DNA of 63,921 nt, the filler included, from Octopus bimaculoides (Eukaryota), in assembly GCF_001194135.2 (NCBI RefSeq). It is 5 parts of 5 records of this genome, joined end to end, with 100 filler letters (N's around TTAATTAATTAA, not from the genome) between each part and the next. Parts side by side here need not be neighbours in the genome. Positions count along the whole stretch, not along the records: positions 60,613 to 63,921 come from NC_069009.1; 4 more parts are not named here. One strand, written 5' to 3'. Numbering within the stretch: the stretch's first letter is position 1; each line of letters begins with the position of its first letter. The translations under genes were made by a program, and so were the position numbers. A model generated the notes under the pieces. That model had not been told where the DNA came from. It ran no database searches and saw only the letters and a program-made list of their open reading frames with translations. Shown one piece after another: positions 61,476 to 63,921 of this stretch.

Positions 61476-62129
61476 ATGTGTGTGTCTTTTTTATTACTAC
61501 TGTAATGGCTTCTGTTCCCCTTGGCATTAAACCACACATAGACATACTCCAACCTCTGGTTCACATGCGTCCTGTCTCCTTGAGGGAGATTTGACTGCTA
61601 TTTCTAATACATTAAGACCCTATTTTATGTAGTTCACAAGAATATGAGTTAAGGAGATTCGGCTGCTATTCTTAGTGGAATAAAGACTATCCTATTTAAG
61701 ACTTGTGATTTGGGGGAGATTTCGCTGCTGTTTCTAGCAGAAAAAGTAACCACAAAGAAGCTCCTTTGTTGGTGTTGGTGGTGGAGGTGATGATGGTGGC
61801 AGGGGTGATGCAGGAATTACGTAGCTTGTGGTATTTTAAGACGAGCTATTAGTAATAGAGAATGTGTTTGTTGGGGGACTCTATTCTGTCGTTGGCATAG
61901 CTGGCTGCTGGCCGAATTATCCCAGGTGATAATTGCACCTTGTGTCACGTTAATTAACGACCTGCGTCGTCTATTTTCGTTGTTAATTATATGCACTTGG
62001 TTTTGTTTTTGTTTTTTTATCCTTCGTCGTGTAGTGTAGAGAGGCGGGTTGTTTGAGTGTGTATGTGTGTGTCTGGTACATAGAATTCCTGTACAGATAT
62101 ACAACATATATATACATATATATATATAT

Positions 62130-62210
<81 letters not shown>

Positions 62211-62519
62211 TGTATACATACATGTACATATGCATTGTGTGATTAATAACCTGGTGTAGAACTCAATATATGTAAGCTTAAGAATTGAGTGTTAGGCGAG
62301 TAATAAGAAAATGAGGTGACAAAGAATAAATGATTACCTTATGTATTTCATTACCTTACAGCTGTTTCAGTTATAAGATGCATTGGGCTCATAGTGCCTG
62401 ACAAACAGTTATAAGCTAATGAGGTTCATAAGATAATCATTTATTCTCGTCATCTCAATCTATCTATCTATCTATCTCATGTTTTGAGTTCTATTTTCCT
62501 GTTTGCATCACCAAATCTG

Positions 62520-62559
<40 letters not shown>

Positions 62560-62560
<1 letters not shown>

Positions 62561-62785
62561 ATTAGTGGTTAGGGTGTCGGCATCATGATCGTAAGATTGT
62601 GGTTTCGATTCCTGGACCGGGCGACGCATTGTGTTCTTGAGCAAAACACTTCATTTCACGTCGCTCCAGTCAACTCATCTGACAAAAATGAGTAACACTG
62701 CGATGGACTGGCGTCCCATCCAGCTGCGGAACACATACGCCATTGAAACCGGGCCCATGAGTCTGGCTAGGCTTTAAAAGGGCGC
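62560..62785 (+). mobile_element. tRNA-derived SINE (family 3)
   Basis: TTAGTGGTTAGGGTGTC (A box) ..GGTTTCGATTCC (B box) ..GCATTGTGTTCTTGAGCAAAACACTTCATTTCACG. Confidence 0.7.
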
Positions 62786-62818
<33 letters not shown>

Positions 62819-63792
62819 NNNNNNNNNNNNNNNNNNNNNTTCTGAGTTCAACTGATGTAGATTTGTGCTTCCTAACAACAGAACTATTGTTTCGTAGGAT
62901 CAGTTGATTATCAAACTAGGAGTGTTCTTACATAACAGCTGCACAATTGTCAGGAATATTGCATGTATATAGGTATGCATCTATGAATGTATGTATGTGT
63001 ATATAAATATATATGTGTATGTATATATAAATCTATATGAATGTGTATATATACATGTATGTGAGTATGTATATATAAATATATTTGAATATGTGTATAT
63101 ATGTGTATGTGTATATAAATATATTTGAATATGTATATATATATGATGTATATGTGTATATATAGTTTTAACGGTAGATAAGATCCCTCAGCCTAAGAGG
63201 TTTTCAAACTCATATTTTACATGCTGCTACTTTGAGTTCAAGCATTAATAATAGAAATATTCCATGTCTCTTTGAAGTCTATAAATTCTTACGACGAACA
63301 AACAGCTTTGCAACTCGTTTTTCTTACGTATGCAATGTGTTTGTCTAAGAAAAAACTCCACAAATGCTACATTGCTTGGCTGTGTGAATTCGTTAGAGAA
63401 AAACATTGTTGTTTGGAGGAATTCCCTGCTGTTCATCAGTGTAAGCATGTTTTATTCAACCAAAAGGCGGCTGTGACTTGATGTTTGCAGTCCGTGCAGA
63501 GGACCTTACAATAATTTCCTCTATACTGTCCACCAACATCAACTAATAACCTCATTCTGGTTGAATAAAATTTGGCAATTATTGATAAACAGGACGGTTT
63601 GCTGGTAAATAACAGCTTTTTTTTTTGTCCTGAAAGTCTGTCAATGAACTGTTAGCTTATATACTTTTTTTTTATGTACTTTTTTTACTTTTTGTTAAGT
63701 ATTCTAATTTGTTCATAAGAACGATCTATCTATCTACCTATCCACACACATATATACATACACGCGCGTGTACACATTCATTTATATCCATA

Positions 63793-63846
<54 letters not shown>

Positions 63847-63887
63847 AATATATATGGATACATATATACACATATATGGATACATAT

Positions 63888-63919
<32 letters not shown>

Positions 63920-63921
63920 GT

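Overview
Eukaryotic, AT-rich, microsatellite-saturated genomic DNA with many N gaps. It is most likely a cephalopod (Octopus-like); this is an inference from the SINE families and the repeat landscape. Four 100-nt gaps carry an artificial TTAATTAATTAA spacer and split the window into five joined segments: 1-6320, 6421-30280, 30381-56270, 56371-60512 and 60613-63921. The only host gene I can identify is the 5' part of ETFDH (electron transfer flavoprotein-ubiquinone oxidoreductase), as three + strand coding exons (17839-17937, 23999-24151, 27523-27599). Its first exon is unresolved and I found none of the remaining exons after the join at ~30.3 kb. The rest is mostly decayed mobile DNA: Tc1/mariner (including a DD37D maT copy), hAT/Buster, Gypsy, RTE, CR1-like, L1/Tx1, R4-like and Penelope-like fragments, plus several tRNA-derived SINE families. 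The most unusual structures are: (i) two copies of a TIR element whose core is an inverted pair of telomeric (TTAGGG)n arrays, with opposite core polarity in the two copies; (ii) a foldback element whose 110-bp arms contain outward-facing tRNA-like Pol III promoters; (iii) a CpG-decay footprint in SINEs inside ETFDH introns. Most ORFs in the supplied track are microsatellite or N-gap artefacts. All family assignments are by eye and from memory; no searches were run.
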